A stretch of DNA of 64,000 nucleotides. Origin: an uncultured virus (IMG/VR IMGVR_UViG_3300033994_002454). Its lineage: Duplodnaviria; Heunggongvirae; Uroviricota; Caudoviricetes. Positions 49,218-58,509 of the stretch are shown piece after piece. The stretch is from the IMG/VR virus record IMGVR_UViG_3300033994_002454, positions 1 to 64,000 of that record. One strand, written 5' to 3'. The number at the start of each line of letters is the position of its first letter. Within the stretch, counting starts at the first letter, position 1. A model generated the notes under the pieces. The model did no database searches, was not told where the DNA came from, and saw only the letters and a list, made by a program, of their open reading frames with translations. A program made the translations under genes and the position numbers.

Positions 49218-49224
49218 ATTCCTT

Positions 49225-50034
49225 TTAATCAGCTTTTTCCATTTCGTAAGCATAATGTACGCCTCCGTTGTATATAGAAAAGTATACTTTGAAATCTTTA
49301 TCGCAATCACGGTTCTTTGTGAAGTGCAATGATCGCTCTAAACCATCTCTTGAACGCTCAACGTGGCAAAACGCATCAACCATGTGCTTTAATCTATTAC
49401 TACCTGCGAAATCACCCGCTTTGGTCATTTGTTGAATATTTACAAACGTAGTATAGTATTTGTTTTTGTTTCCACCTTTTTTATGTTGATCTTGCAAATT
49501 CAAAAACCAAAACTCCGCAGCGCTTTCAGTTGTACGATACGCATCTTTATACATCTCTAATACTTCAGCAATTGAATCGATTGCTACTACATCATATCCT
49601 TGATTAAATACATGTTCAAGTGTTTCTTTTACTGTTTCTGAATAGTTTTTCAAAAACAATGTTTGTACACAACTGAATTCGGGCATACGTTTGCAATATT
49701 TGTAATGTGCAATTTCATCCATTTCACCGCTAACAAACAATACTTTTAATCCTTGTTTAGTTAGTTTAGATAATACATCAAGTACAATTGTGGATTTACC
49801 TGAACCCGGTCCACCTGCTAACATCATGTTAGTACCTGGCATTATTCCTCCTTCAGTTGAAAATATAACATCTAATTCAGTATTAGTTTTCATTGGTTTG
49901 AATAACGCTTCACTGAATTGCAAATCACTACCTCTCATCAGTTTTACTGAGTTAGGGTTAAATGTAACTTGGATTTGTTGTTTTGCGGGGCGGCCGCGTT
50001 TTGCTGTGTTCATAGGTCTTTTTTCAATTTTCAT
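49225..50034 (-). CDS. RadA/Sms-like RecA-family ATPase
   Basis: ELD..F..GG, GGPGSGKST, LFVSGE, AIDSI, QMTKAGDFAG..LKHMVD, KNR; lacks Zn finger and Lon-like domain. Confidence 0.85.
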   Translation of the reverse strand: MKIEKRPMNTAKRGRPAKQQIQVTFNPNSVKLMRGSDLQFSEALFKPMKTNTELDVIFSTEGGIMPGTNMMLAGGPGSGKSTIVLDVLSKLTKQGLKVLFVSGEMDEIAHYKYCKRMPEFSCVQTLFLKNYSETVKETLEHVFNQGYDVVAIDSIAEVLEMYKDAYRTTESAAEFWFLNLQDQHKKGGNKNKYYTTFVNIQQMTKAGDFAGSNRLKHMVDAFCHVERSRDGLERSLHFTKNRDCDKDFKVYFSIYNGGVHYAYEMEKAD

Positions 50035-50093
50035 AACTTTTCCTTTTTTTCTTTTTTTATTACTTGAAATATACGAATTCTCTTTTTAATCTC

Positions 50094-51446
50094 TTATTCC
50101 TTCATTAAAGATTTTACAAACTCTGGGTTGTTGTAAATCAACACCATCAAAATGATTGTAATTACTGTTACAATTAGTGTTATTGTTCTTGTTTGGGGAT
50201 TTTTAACAGCATTAATGAACTCAGATATTAAATACCAAAATACTGCTAAAAACACAAATACAATTAATATACTTGCAAGCGTATCTAAAAAACTATTACC
50301 TTTATCTTTTTTATCTTTCATAACCTTTTTATTTACTTGGAATATACGAATTCTCCTTTAAATCTCTTATTCCCTCGTTTATTGAGCTAAAAAATTTTCT
50401 TTAGTAGATGGAACAAACATTTCATCATTGAACCCACAGTACCCATTAATTTCACCATCATCATCGATAAAATTTGCTTCAGCATTCACATTAGCTGGGT
50501 TAATACATTCATAAATTCTACCTGGGGTAAAACCACCATCTGTGTATTTGCCTACATATTGGAAATATTTTGGTAGTTTAGCTATTTCTTTTCTTTGTTT
50601 ATGAATAGCAATTTCTTCAATTATTGCTTTGGTTACAATAACACCACTCCATATCCATAATCCTTTTCTCAATAAATCAAAACCTTTTTCAAACATTTTC
50701 TTTTTTATTTACTTGGAATATACGAAAGTTCTTTTATAAAAACTATTCCTTTATTGAAGGCATTTGGCGTAACCACTTATAATAGCTTTTTGAATGCTTA
50801 AAGCAGGATTTTCTTTCATCACTTCTAAAGCAGTAACTAACAATAGTTTAGCTTCTATATCTTCTTTTTTAACATCATCTAACGCTTGCTGGGCTGTTTT
50901 TAATTGGATGTATAACTCTTGTGATTCTTCTTCTATATTCATATGTACTCTTTTTCTAACTTAAATGATGTCCCATGTTGAATCATTCTTAATTGACCAT
51001 CGTTTGTAAGGGGTTTTGCATCTTCTATGTTATCACTGAAAGCAGGATAACCGCTTCGCAAACCACAAAATACTTGACAGTTTTCGTTCAATATGATGAA
51101 CTCAGGTAACTTTATTTCTCTTGATTTCTTTGGTTTTCTTCCCATATTTCTTTAATATACGAAAGAAAATTTAAAAAGCCAAATTTTAAAAACGAGCTAG
51201 TGGATCCACTTTTTGAGCACCTCCGTCGGTTTCACCTTTGGAATTAAGTGTTTTCATTTCAGGAATTACTTCAACAGGCATTCCATTAATTCTGAATATA
51301 CCACCTTGTTTAAGTAGTTTTTTGAATAATGTTTGATGATTTTCGTTCCATGACTCACTTGCTGAGATAACTGTTTTTTTATCAACTATTTCTCCATCAA
51401 ATTTGATGATGGTTCCTCTTCGGATTGATTGGGGTGCTATTGGCAT
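50094..51446 (-). CDS. five small hypothetical genes (50094-50321 membrane, 50379-50696, 50751-50942, 50939-51145, 51186-51446)
   Basis: ORF track; promoters at 50341, 50717 and 51154. Confidence 0.55.
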
Positions 51447-51470
51447 ATTTTATTTTCTATATTATCTAAA

Positions 51471-52175
51471 TTAATCGTATATTTGTACAATTACACGTTT
51501 GTGACCTAAATTATCGGGGGTTGTTGAGGAATTTTGAACGGCAAATATAAGGTAATAGTCAATGGAAGGATTAAAAGCAACTAACGTATTTGTTCCTGAG
51601 GTTAAATCTGTACTAATTCCATTTGTTGGGTTATAAACATTTAGGTTTGTTCCGTCAAAGAAAAAATTACGTTCGAATCGTTGAATGTAAGTAGCTGAGT
51701 TCATTGCTCCAGCTGTTGCAAGTAATGTAGCACCTGTTAAACTATTTGTAGTGTTGATATACATTCTACCCGTTGAAGTTGTAGAACCTGCTGTTTTGGT
51801 TAATAAATTACGAATATAAATTGAATTATTTGCAACTAATGTTCCAGCAGGAATCAAAACTGAAGTGCTAATTTGGTTTGTTGTACCTATTAAGTTTGAA
51901 CCAACTACATTAGCTAATGTTCTAGGGTTAGCTGTACCTGATATGGTTATATTTCCACTTCCTAAAATACTATTGCCATTAATAGTTTTAATATTAGTTC
52001 CACTAACTAATGTATTTTGCTTCCCAGCAAGGGAAGAAGCTAGCGATGCATCAACTCCGTCGTTTATAGAATCTTCTATTGAAATTTTGCTTTCTAAAGA
52101 AGCATCTTTTAAATCTAACGAGTCAAGGTCTGAGTTTAAATTTTCAACCTGGTCTTGGGATAATTTTGTTGGCAT
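51471..52175 (-). CDS. tail-fibre-like / virion decoration protein
   Basis: KQNTLVSGTNIKTINGNSILGSGNI motif common in phage fibres; late motif at 52186. Confidence 0.6.
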   Translation of the reverse strand: MPTKLSQDQVENLNSDLDSLDLKDASLESKISIEDSINDGVDASLASSLAGKQNTLVSGTNIKTINGNSILGSGNITISGTANPRTLANVVGSNLIGTTNQISTSVLIPAGTLVANNSIYIRNLLTKTAGSTTSTGRMYINTTNSLTGATLLATAGAMNSATYIQRFERNFFFDGTNLNVYNPTNGISTDLTSGTNTLVAFNPSIDYYLIFAVQNSSTTPDNLGHKRVIVQIYD

Positions 52176-52244
52176 GTTATTTTTCTATAAATATGTTTTA
52201 TTTTTCTAACTTAAAATAAATCGTTTAAATGTTCTGGGCAGGTA

Positions 52245-53054
52245 TTAGCTATGTGCTTCTTCCACCACGTTTTGAGTTTCTTCAATAATTTCTGCATCTT
52301 GTATAGTTTCAGCGAATAAAAAATGTGTTTCGTTTCTTAATACGTGATCAACCCGGAAAAAATAGTCTCTACACATTTTGACCATTTCTAAATTTACTAC
52401 TCCTTCTTTGTTTGTAAAGTTGTGTAGTGGAATATCTCTGTGGATAATATAAAGTTTGTCGTTGTGTTTATAAAAACTCATTTAATGTCGTATTGTTTTT
52501 TATATTTTTCAATAAATGTTTCACCAATTCCCATATCAACTATTTCATAATTGTTTGGAATAAGAGGATTACGTTTTCCTCCATCAATAATATCATCAAT
52601 ACTAGATTCAGTAACCATCAAATAGTGTTTTTTACCTGTTGGTTTTTTATAAACTATCACCACCGGTAATTTCTTTTCTGATGGTCTACCTTTATTTTCG
52701 TGATATATTCTCATATTTTGTTTTATTTTGGGAATATGCATCACATCCAGACTTTGATGATTTACATCCTGTTAAATAGTATCCGATTGCTATTCCTGCT
52801 AATATATGAATAAAATATATCCATACTGTTTTCCAATCTGTTTTCATAATTTATCTAGATTTAATTTGTTCATGCTCTTTTATTAATGTATCAAATTCAT
52901 CTCTTTTAATTGATATACGAATTCCATCTACAGTAGCAAAAACATCTTCAGGAAGTTTTAAAATATCTGTTAGTTGGGATGGGTCTATTTCAATGTGTTT
53001 TCTATAAACCGTTTCACCTTCATATCTTACAAAAACAGTTTTTTTCATAGCCAT
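52245..53054 (-). CDS. three small hypothetical genes (52245-52481, 52478-52744, 52851-53054)
   Basis: ORF track. Confidence 0.5.
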
Positions 53055-53815
53055 TTTATTTCATTTGTAATATTATCCCATTCAAAATTGAATGGTGAAT
53101 TTGTGTATAAATATCGTTCATCCAAAACAGATGCATTAAAAAAGTGAGTATGTCCATCATAGTAGTGTCCCCAACCCCCATGAATATGTCCAAACACATG
53201 TATTTTTGGACGAATTTCATCTACTCGATAACGTAACAAATCACATCCTACTCGAATAGTACGTCCTCCTGGGATGTCTAGATAACCAAATGGAGGTCCA
53301 TGTGTGATTAAAATGTCTGTATTATCTGGGATTGCATTCCATTTTGCTTGTAATTCTTCTCCGTTGCGAGGCAAATTAAATGCCCAATTGTAAAATTCAG
53401 GTTGCCAAGGTGAACCATAGATACGAACATTCTCTTCCGGATAATCTCCATTTGGTCCATCAAAATACAATACCACTTCTTCATCTTGAAGATATTCAAT
53501 TGTTTTGTATCCTGTTAAAAAACCTTGAGCCCATTGTGGATTATCTTCAAATATTCGATCATGGTTACCAGCAATGAATATTTTTGTATCGTAGTTGTCT
53601 ATACTATCAAACCATTCAAAAAACCCTACTGCTTCTGCTTTATGATAACCTGTACTCATAAAGTCACCTGCATGAATTAGAATATCTCCTCCAGGCAAAT
53701 CTAATTGTTGTTTACTATTTCGAAACGATTTGCTAGTTGTAATTTGATTATGTTTGGTATGTGTATCTGAAATAAGCGAAACCTTTAACATAAATCTAAG
53801 CGAATAAAACAGCAA
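53045..53815 (-). CDS. metallophosphoesterase (MPPED/239FB-like)
   Basis: ISDTH, HAGD, AGNHD, YGSPWQP, THGPP, VFGHIH. Confidence 0.9.
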   Translation of the reverse strand: MLFYSLRFMLKVSLISDTHTKHNQITTSKSFRNSKQQLDLPGGDILIHAGDFMSTGYHKAEAVGFFEWFDSIDNYDTKIFIAGNHDRIFEDNPQWAQGFLTGYKTIEYLQDEEVVLYFDGPNGDYPEENVRIYGSPWQPEFYNWAFNLPRNGEELQAKWNAIPDNTDILITHGPPFGYLDIPGGRTIRVGCDLLRYRVDEIRPKIHVFGHIHGGWGHYYDGHTHFFNASVLDERYLYTNSPFNFEWDNITNEIKWL

Positions 53816-53931
53816 TAATGCCTATTAAAACAAACCAACCTAAAACAATAATTTCAATTGAATTATTTTTAATAAATTCCATAACTTCTTTAATTTTCTT
53901 AAACATACAAAAGAAATTTTAGGTTTTCAAG

Positions 53932-56238
53932 CTATTTTATTGTCCTTTTTAAAGTTCCATCTTCATAAATTTCTATAATGATTCCCGTTTCATTTTCATC
54001 TACTTCCTGTCCTATCAAATTAATTCGTTTTGCTATAATTTTGATTTCTGATTTATTGTTGATTAATATAGGGTCAAATACTTCATAAGCACCATCAATA
54101 TCATATTGGGTTAGTCTATAGTAGTTGTATATTGGTTTAACAGCATTATCTGTAATGTCATAGCGGAGTTCTTGTGTTGAATTACCTGCTGCAGCAACTG
54201 TTCCTAATTCAGACCATGTAATTCCATTTTCACTTTTCTCTACTACAAAATGGGTTGTATTGTGTTCTGTAGCAGTTGCCCAATATATTAAGTTGCTTTT
54301 GTTTACTGGTTTGCCACTAAAATATAATAACTCAATGGGTAATGCTCCGTTTGTAATTATATTAAAAAATCTAACTTGAGTTCCACAATTGTTTGCATTC
54401 GATACTGTAACCCTAACTGATCCGTCTGTTGTTGTTTGAGGCCAATAAAAAGATATCGATGGAGAGTTTGAGTTTGGTATATTTGACCAAAATGGTGCTG
54501 TTATTGATTGAGTATATGCCCACTGATAAGTTGCATTTGCAACTGGGGTAACTGAATAAGTTTCTTGGGTTCCTGCAATTATGTTATTATTCCCTGATAT
54601 TGTTGAAACAAAGCCTACTGATGGGTTAACATTTATTGTTGTTGATGTTGAGTTAGAACAACCGTTAAATGAAACAGAAACTTGATAAGATTGTGTTGTT
54701 GATGGTGAAGCATATGGGCTTGGAGCTGATGGATTTGTTAATCCGGTTGAAGGTGTCCAACTATAAGTTGGTGTTGATCCTGCAGGGAGACCTGATACTG
54801 TGGTTACTAGTTGAGTTGATGACCCATCACAAATGGTGTTTGTGATCGGAGCTACGCTTATGCTTGGGGTAGGATTAACGGTAATAGTAGTAGATACACA
54901 ATTGTTGCTAAACAAACTACCATTAAAGTTTCTTGCATAGTATGTTGTTGTGCTTGTAGGTGTAACACTAATTGAATTTCCAGTTGCAATCTGACCTATT
55001 CCACATCCACTAGTAAACCAGTATACAGTTCCACTTGCACCATTTGCAGTTAATGTTGTTGATTGACCAACACATATTGTGTTTGATGTTGATGTGATTG
55101 ATGTAGGATCAGGTGGAGGTGGTGCAGTACAAGTTAAACCTAATTGAAACGCACTACTGCTACTATACCCATGAACAAGAATATAATAATTTAAACCATT
55201 AACAGATAACCATTGGTACGATGCTGAAGAAGTTGCGCATGTTGGGCCATAATCGTCATTCCCTCCTACACAAGTTAATGTAGAACAGCTTGTTCCACTA
55301 AACACAGATATTTTACTATCCCATACTGTGTTGCATAAATATGCAGTCATTATTTGTCCGGTACCTGTAATTCTATACCAAACACCAGGTTGGGTTTGAG
55401 AAACACTACAAATCCCATTTTCACCGGTTCCATTGTTAGTTGCATTTACTGTTGTTCCCGAGATTATTTGACCACAAGAAATTGGGGTTGCATTACAGAC
55501 TAAATCATTTGCTGGTGCTAATGGAGCGGTACAACTTAAACATTCAATTGTTGTTGTCCCACAATTTGATGCAGTCCCACATAATGAATTTGTATTGTAG
55601 TGAATATAATATGTTCCTGAAACGGTTGCTGTCCATGTTAATGGAGATGCACCTGAAGCTACAACAGTACCTCCTGGGGTAGTATGTCTAACAGTTATCC
55701 ATCCACCTAAATTATAAGTTGATCTGTACTGTCGCCCTGCAGTAACACTTGTTATAGTGTTATATTCTGATTGGAATGTGCATGAACTTATGGTAAGAAT
55801 ACCGGGTGTTGTAGGCGCTGCTATAGTTATATAAGGTGAGGTATTAACACATCCACCACCTCCTCCTCCTGAGCAACTAGCAATGCAGGTATAACCACCT
55901 GTTGTTGCAGTTCCTGTTGTTGGCTGTATGGTATTTAAAAGAATTGTTCCTATATTATTTACTATTTGAACTCTCATTTCAGAAGGCCAGCTTCCTGATA
56001 GGGTTCTCCAAACTCTTATTGTTTGTCCAGTTGATGCAGTAAAGTTAAAATTAACTGGGCCATATCCGGAGCTAAAAGTAATATTACTTAAAACAGTAAC
56101 CCCATTTACCGATACAGAAACAGCCCCTCCATTCCAACCATCACCAAAGGTGTCAGTTAATCGAATTGTGTGAGTGCATGATTGGGAAAATATAGTAAAG
56201 GAAAATAAAAGGAAAACATAAAGTAGAAAGTTCTTCAT
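53932..56238 (-). CDS. Bacteroidota T9SS-cargo-like secreted multidomain protein
   Basis: Signal peptide; DTFGDGWNG; PANDLVCNA; Ig/PKD-like repeats; LPIELLYF..WATATEHN..YYRLTQYDIDG; CTD-like C-terminus NLIGQEV..IYEDG. Confidence 0.75.
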   Translation of the reverse strand: MKNFLLYVFLLFSFTIFSQSCTHTIRLTDTFGDGWNGGAVSVSVNGVTVLSNITFSSGYGPVNFNFTASTGQTIRVWRTLSGSWPSEMRVQIVNNIGTILLNTIQPTTGTATTGGYTCIASCSGGGGGGCVNTSPYITIAAPTTPGILTISSCTFQSEYNTITSVTAGRQYRSTYNLGGWITVRHTTPGGTVVASGASPLTWTATVSGTYYIHYNTNSLCGTASNCGTTTIECLSCTAPLAPANDLVCNATPISCGQIISGTTVNATNNGTGENGICSVSQTQPGVWYRITGTGQIMTAYLCNTVWDSKISVFSGTSCSTLTCVGGNDDYGPTCATSSASYQWLSVNGLNYYILVHGYSSSSAFQLGLTCTAPPPPDPTSITSTSNTICVGQSTTLTANGASGTVYWFTSGCGIGQIATGNSISVTPTSTTTYYARNFNGSLFSNNCVSTTITVNPTPSISVAPITNTICDGSSTQLVTTVSGLPAGSTPTYSWTPSTGLTNPSAPSPYASPSTTQSYQVSVSFNGCSNSTSTTINVNPSVGFVSTISGNNNIIAGTQETYSVTPVANATYQWAYTQSITAPFWSNIPNSNSPSISFYWPQTTTDGSVRVTVSNANNCGTQVRFFNIITNGALPIELLYFSGKPVNKSNLIYWATATEHNTTHFVVEKSENGITWSELGTVAAAGNSTQELRYDITDNAVKPIYNYYRLTQYDIDGAYEVFDPILINNKSEIKIIAKRINLIGQEVDENETGIIIEIYEDGTLKRTIK

Positions 56239-56338
56239 GGGGTAAAATGGTTAAATTTTACTCACTTGAAGAATCCAATTGGAAACCCCCATCTACCATG
56301 GGCCGGTCGAGTTTCCTATACATATTTCAAGGAAAAAA

Positions 56339-56820
56339 AACGTAGAAGTTTTTGACGGGTTAATTACTATTTTCGGTTATCCGTTTAGGATTTGTCGTTT
56401 TGGTTCCTTTAATACTCCAGATGATACGACTTTGTCAATTCTGGAGTCAATATATCGACGTGTTTCATCGATATCACGGTGAAGAACTGTTTCAAGTTCA
56501 TGTTCGTGTCTGTGGATACTATCCACTTCATTATTGATGCGTTGCATAATGGTTTTTTCAACCATTGTTATATCGCGGCCTGTATTTTCAAACTGGCGCC
56601 AAATAGATTGGTTTTCTTCTTGCACATTGCGATAGATATCGCTTATGTGACGATCAAGATTTGTGTTTAAAGTGTTTAAACGTTTTACTGTTTGATTAAT
56701 CTTAACTAAACCTACAACAACAGCAGTTAATATAATTACTGCTACAATCGTAAGCATACCTAAAACAAATGATGTTATTTCCATGATTTTTAATGATTTA
56801 TGTCAAAGAACTTCTACGTT
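56339..56820. repeat. 18/19-bp inverted repeat flanking gene 56377-56784
   Basis: AACGTAGAAGTTTTTGAC (56339-56356) vs GTCAAAGAACTTCTACGTT (56802-56820), one-base bulge. Confidence 0.7.
56377..56784 (-). CDS. membrane-anchored coiled-coil protein
   Basis: N-terminal TM helix followed by helical repeats ending YIDSRIDK. Confidence 0.65.
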   Translation of the reverse strand: MEITSFVLGMLTIVAVIILTAVVVGLVKINQTVKRLNTLNTNLDRHISDIYRNVQEENQSIWRQFENTGRDITMVEKTIMQRINNEVDSIHRHEHELETVLHRDIDETRRYIDSRIDKVVSSGVLKEPKRQILNG

Positions 56821-56821
56821 G

Positions 56822-56894
56822 TTGTCCCACAAGGGCTCGAACCTCGACTCTTCTGAACCAAAATCAGACGTGTTGCCAATTACACCATAGGACA
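56822..56894 (-). tRNA. tRNA-Gln(TTG)
   Basis: Full cloverleaf, anticodon loop TT-TTG-GT; CCA not encoded. Confidence 0.92.
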
Positions 56895-56899
56895 GGATA

Positions 56900-57033
56900 A
56901 AAAACCCAAACAGTGTCTATTGATCAGGTAGTCTTGTTTGGGGTTGTTACTGCTTATGCCTTGGGCTATTCACTGTAACCAAAATTGACCTCAGCGGGTG
57001 CGCAGATCTAATGGGATGCGTCGAGGTACTGTT
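56900..57033 (-). ncRNA. structured RNA candidate between tRNA-Ala and tRNA-Gln
   Basis: Stems ACCTC/GAGGT, CGCA/TGCG, GTTAC/GTAAC, CCCAAACA/TGTTTGGG; no ORF. Confidence 0.35.
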
Positions 57034-57045
57034 AAGAAATTTTAG

Positions 57046-57119
57046 TGGAGGATAACGGAGTCGAACCGTTGACCCCCTGCGTGCAAGGCAGGTGCTCTAG
57101 CCAGCTGAGCTAATCCCCC
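57046..57119 (-). tRNA. tRNA-Ala(TGC)
   Basis: Cloverleaf, G3:U70, loop CT-TGC-AC. Confidence 0.95.
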
Positions 57120-57160
57120 ATTTCTTATACATATTATAAACTCGTTTGTTTATAAAAAAG

Positions 57161-57245
57161 CGGAGAGTGAGAGATTCGAACTCCCGGAACCTTTCGGTTC
57201 AACGGTTTTCAAGACCGCCGCAATCGACCACTCTGCCAACTCTCC
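57161..57245 (-). tRNA. tRNA-Ser(TGA)
   Basis: Cloverleaf with long variable arm, loop CT-TGA-AA. Confidence 0.93.
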
Positions 57246-57247
57246 GT

Positions 57248-57415
57248 TTATATTTGTTTAGCGCTGTCAATTGCCATTGCTAAATGGACAATCACATCAC
57301 TAAGATGTTTATTAGGAAATGTCTTATACTTTTCCTCTAGTTTTTTTAAAACACTCTCCAAAGAATTAATCTCTGTTTTAATTTTCAATGTTTTATTTTT
57401 GTCTTCCATCTTCAT
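57248..57415 (-). CDS. small helical protein within tRNA cluster (55 aa)
   Basis: Manual translation [20 protein letters not shown].. Confidence 0.45.
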   Translation of the reverse strand: MKMEDKNKTLKIKTEINSLESVLKKLEEKYKTFPNKHLSDVIVHLAMAIDSAKQI

Positions 57416-57422
57416 TTTTTAG

Positions 57423-57496
57423 CGGTGTGTATGGGACTCGAACCCACGACCCCCTGCGTGACAGGCAGGTATTCTAACCAACTGAACTAACACACC
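57423..57496 (-). tRNA. tRNA-Asp(GTC)
   Basis: Cloverleaf, loop CT-GTC-AC. Confidence 0.95.
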
Positions 57497-57500
57497 TTTG

Positions 57501-57572
57501 TAGTCCCACGGGGAATCGAACCCCGCTTTCCAGGATGAAAACCTGGCGTCCTAACCGATAGACGATGGGACC
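57501..57572 (-). tRNA. tRNA-Glu(TTC)
   Basis: Cloverleaf, loop TT-TTC-AT. Confidence 0.93.
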
Positions 57573-57586
57573 AAATTATTTTTTTG

Positions 57587-57660
57587 TAGCCCTGATAGGA
57601 GTCGAACCTATGACCTACTCATTAGAAGTGAGTTGCTCTATCCAACTGAGCTACAGGACT
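57587..57660 (-). tRNA. tRNA-Arg(TCT)
   Basis: Cloverleaf, loop CT-TCT-AA. Confidence 0.95.
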
Positions 57661-57664
57661 ATTG

Positions 57665-57747
57665 TACTCGGGGCGGGACTTGAACCCGCACAGCCACATG
57701 GCCAACAGATCTTAAGTCTGTCGTGTCTACCATTCCACCACCCAAGC
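57665..57747 (-). tRNA. tRNA-Leu(TAA)
   Basis: Cloverleaf with variable arm, loop CT-TAA-GA. Confidence 0.93.
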
Positions 57748-57790
57748 AAACCTCCCCATTATAAATATCCAAACGATATTATAAGTTTAG

Positions 57791-57863
57791 AGCCTTTGAC
57801 AGGAATCGAACCTGCAACCTATTGATTACAAATCAATTGCTCTACCTGTTGAGCTACAAAGGC
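57791..57863 (-). tRNA. tRNA-Thr(TGT)
   Basis: Cloverleaf, loop TT-TGT-AA. Confidence 0.95.
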
Positions 57864-57989
57864 TTATTTTATTTTTTCCCTTTTTTAGCAATTGCTTTAA
57901 TCCAGCTAAACCAATCTTTAAATTGTTCTACTCTTTGTCTTGGTGTGTTTTTACTCATTTTTTATTTTTGTTTAAATCTACTAACAATA

Positions 57990-58457
57990 TCATACTATTC
58001 CAAGTTCTTTTTCAACTTCCTTAACGTGTTTACATCTTCCTTTTGATCTCCACATTCCTGGGCAGTTGCATTTTGGGTTACCGAATTTGTTTAAGGTAAC
58101 TATGTATGTTCCTCCTCCACTTGAACTTTCAAATTCCCATTTTTTCACCTCTACTTTAGGTGCTTCTATTTTTTCTTTTATCAGTTGCTCTTCAGTTAGG
58201 TATTCTACAATGTCATCTAGAGTTGTTTTAGGGTGACATTCAATTTGCGCTGGGTAAATGAATGTTTTTTCTCCAAATCTAAATATCATCTTAGGTAAGT
58301 AGCTATGTTTTGGAACTTGATATTTGAATGTCTTACAACCAGCAGTTACAATTCCATCTCGTTGTGGGTAAATTTTTACTTGTTCACCTGGTTCTAGGTG
58401 AATGAGTTTTGTTTCTTTTCTACCGTCTTCAAACTCTAAATACAATTCCTTTAACAT
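57990..58457 (-). CDS. SWIM zinc-finger protein
   Basis: Y.V..CNCPG..CKH. Confidence 0.75.
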   Translation of the reverse strand: MLKELYLEFEDGRKETKLIHLEPGEQVKIYPQRDGIVTAGCKTFKYQVPKHSYLPKMIFRFGEKTFIYPAQIECHPKTTLDDIVEYLTEEQLIKEKIEAPKVEVKKWEFESSSGGGTYIVTLNKFGNPKCNCPGMWRSKGRCKHVKEVEKELGIV

Positions 58458-58509
58458 AACCTTTTTCTTTGCTTGAAATATACGAAAAATTTTTTAAGAA
58501 GCCAAATTT

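Larger units (their letters stand above)
32329..50749 (-). promoter_or_regulatory. array of about 35 class-A bipartite promoter elements GGAATA-N17-TTCGTATATT
   Basis: + strand AATATACGAA-like core at 32329, 32811, 33513, 33723, 33855, 34341, 34548, 34826, 35160, 35395, 35579, 35835, 36084, 36491, 36757, 37649, 37827, 38293, 38679, 38934, 39341, 39822, 40244, 41305, 42122, 42578, 43228, 43769, 44980, 47265, 48259, 49190, 50068, 50341, 50717; each is followed after exactly 17 nt by TATTCC or a variant ending TCC, and most lie about 15-35 nt upstream of an ATG. Confidence 0.85.

Noticed and set aside
32329..50749. Repeated AATATACGAA element read as a CRISPR array or integron attC array
   Set aside because: Intervening sequences are whole genes of very variable length. 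The repeats are bipartite with a free spacer and mostly not palindromic. No cas or integrase gene is in the window.
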